Shown piece by piece: positions 62,377-64,000 of a stretch of 64,000 nt of DNA. This DNA comes from Ylistrum balloti (taxonomy: Eukaryota), in NCBI RefSeq assembly GCF_031769215.1, contig NW_026782390.1, positions 248,001 through 312,000 of the forward strand, given 5' to 3'. Made by a program: the position numbers and the translations under genes. The number at the start of each line of letters is the position of its first letter. Positions within the stretch are counted from its first letter, which is position 1. A model generated the notes under the pieces. The model did no database searches and was not told where the DNA came from. It worked only from the letters and a program-made list of their open reading frames with translations.

Positions 62377-62537
62377 CCGTCCGAGATTCCATGTCAGTGT
62401 AAGAAACCTATATAAGTTGGGCAACACGCAGAATAAACCGACACAGAAATCAGCCACAGCAAGGTTCGCCAGGAAAAAGTTTGTCATACTTCTTAATCTA
62501 GCACTCTTGATGATAGCGAACAGGACCATCAGATTTC
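62377..62537 (-). CDS. TrissinR: Trissin-receptor-like GPCR, internal exon (end of TM1, TM2, ECL1)
   Basis: TTGCCTTTTACAG|GA acceptor (phase 1); GNLMVLFAIIKSARLRSMTNFFLANLAVADFCVGLFCVLPNL...TWNLGR; CGG|GTAGGT donor in phase with the 58718 exon (WNLGR-VMCK). Confidence 0.88.
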
Positions 62538-64000
62538 CTGTAAAAGGCAAACGAAGATCAAATGATTCACGAATGAATGAACCGATATACACCATTATGT
62601 ATGTTATCATATAATATAATGCAATGCAGTTCAATACACATGTATCTGCCTCCTACATAACTGTGGGCTGAGAGAAGCGCATAACAGATTTTCAAACGAA
62701 AATTTATCAAATTGATACAAACATGTTGGTTTTTAAAGGGAGACAAAATTATAAACCAATTGATTTAAAGCAAAATGTTTATTTTATAATTATATATAAC
62801 TATTTCACATGTATCTTATTTTTAAGATTTGACCAATATAACAGTCACAGGAAAATACTGTTAAACAAGATGCCAAATGGGACTGCATCGCTCACTTTAT
62901 GTTCGATTTTCATCAAAAAAGGAATAAGTTATTATCACAAATATAATAACACGTACACAAATGACATTCAAATTGGGCATACGGCCACATTAATTTGAAA
63001 AGTAGTTCTTCGGGAAATGTTGAAAAAAAGGAGCAAGAGGGTGGGTTTTAGTTTTGTTTTCTAATTTTAGTAAATTTTGGAGTAAGCGGAAAAAAATTTA
63101 ACAACTATGTTGCATAGAGGTGAAAAACAGCCCACAACATTTTATTCATTTTTTTCAAGTATACAAGTCAATTGCACTGAAACAAACATTACAACAACAG
63201 TTAAACACCTGTTGAACCATTCTGACTACAATGCAAACTAAATCAGTACTAGAAAAAAATACATACCTGTGGGTCTTTTACCTGGCATAAGCCATTGGAA
63301 AATTATCCAAATCGCAATCCATTACACAGCTAAATAGCATATATAATGGCCTTAAGATGATGAATGACAATCGGCTATATCCGATATGCTTTTAACAAAA
63401 AATTCCAATTTAACAGCAAGCATGCAAAAATAGCAAAACAGTTTAGTAACCGTTTGAGTACCCTCATATTATCATAATGAAAAAATCATTTTCAAAAATA
63501 ACTTATCAAGTGTAGGATTAATCGCTTTCCAGGTTAGACATCATTTTATACATTGGACCTTGATGTACATGTTCCAATTTTTGACAGAATCAATCAACCA
63601 AAAAACGGGCTAACGGCAGCCATCTTCAATTCTGACACTTGAAAAGGGCCTGTTTCCAGTAATGTTAATTCTCCATAGGAGCCTGCCCCCGTATAATTTC
63701 TTATCTAGCTCAACTACTGTTTTTTTCTTTTCCGAAAAATAATTTTACACCTTTCCGACACCCAGATTTCATAATTTCAGTGAAAATGTATTTTTTATAA
63801 AGTTGTCAATTTCAGCATCAAAGACATAAGTTCGTAAATAAAAGAAGGTTATCACGAAATTGTAATTCGCAACATAGTATAAATTTCTTTTGATAAATAT
63901 TTCCAAAACATCGTGTTTATTCATAAAACATAAAAAAAAATATTCTCGGATGAAAATGCACTTGCAGAGACACAATTATGAAGAAAACTGCCATAAATTT

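Overview
AT-rich, repeat-dense animal genomic DNA. A bivalve mollusc is my inference from the repeat families; no search was run. One host gene is recognisable: a trissin-receptor-like class A GPCR on the minus strand (exons 62537-62377 and 58718-57528; its first exon is not found and probably lies beyond the window end). The dominant feature is a young, nearly intact 7.25-kb LTR retrotransposon (24413-31662, minus strand) with 1241-bp LTRs (8 differences by manual comparison), a GCAAT target-site duplication and a tRNA-Leu PBS. It has Ty3/gypsy-type RT/RNase H but copia-like order Gag-PR-IN-RT-RH, i.e. the Gmr1 clade. It carries one frameshift in RT and appears inserted into an older LTR-like sequence. 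Its leader between PBS and gag contains two ~108-nt GT-AG intron-like segments. The second ends 1 nt before the gag ATG and, if retained, encodes an in-frame 32-aa hydrophobic extension. This is the most interesting signal here. The rest is nested TE debris: two Tc1 elements with TIRs and TA TSDs, three Penelope-like RT fragments, an L1/Tx1-type LINE relic, a P-like transposase relic near a spliced C2H2 zinc-finger relic, several Helentron-associated (HINE-like) satellite-bearing repeats, a tRNA-derived SINE, a 44-bp minisatellite and a palindromic foldback element in the GPCR intron.
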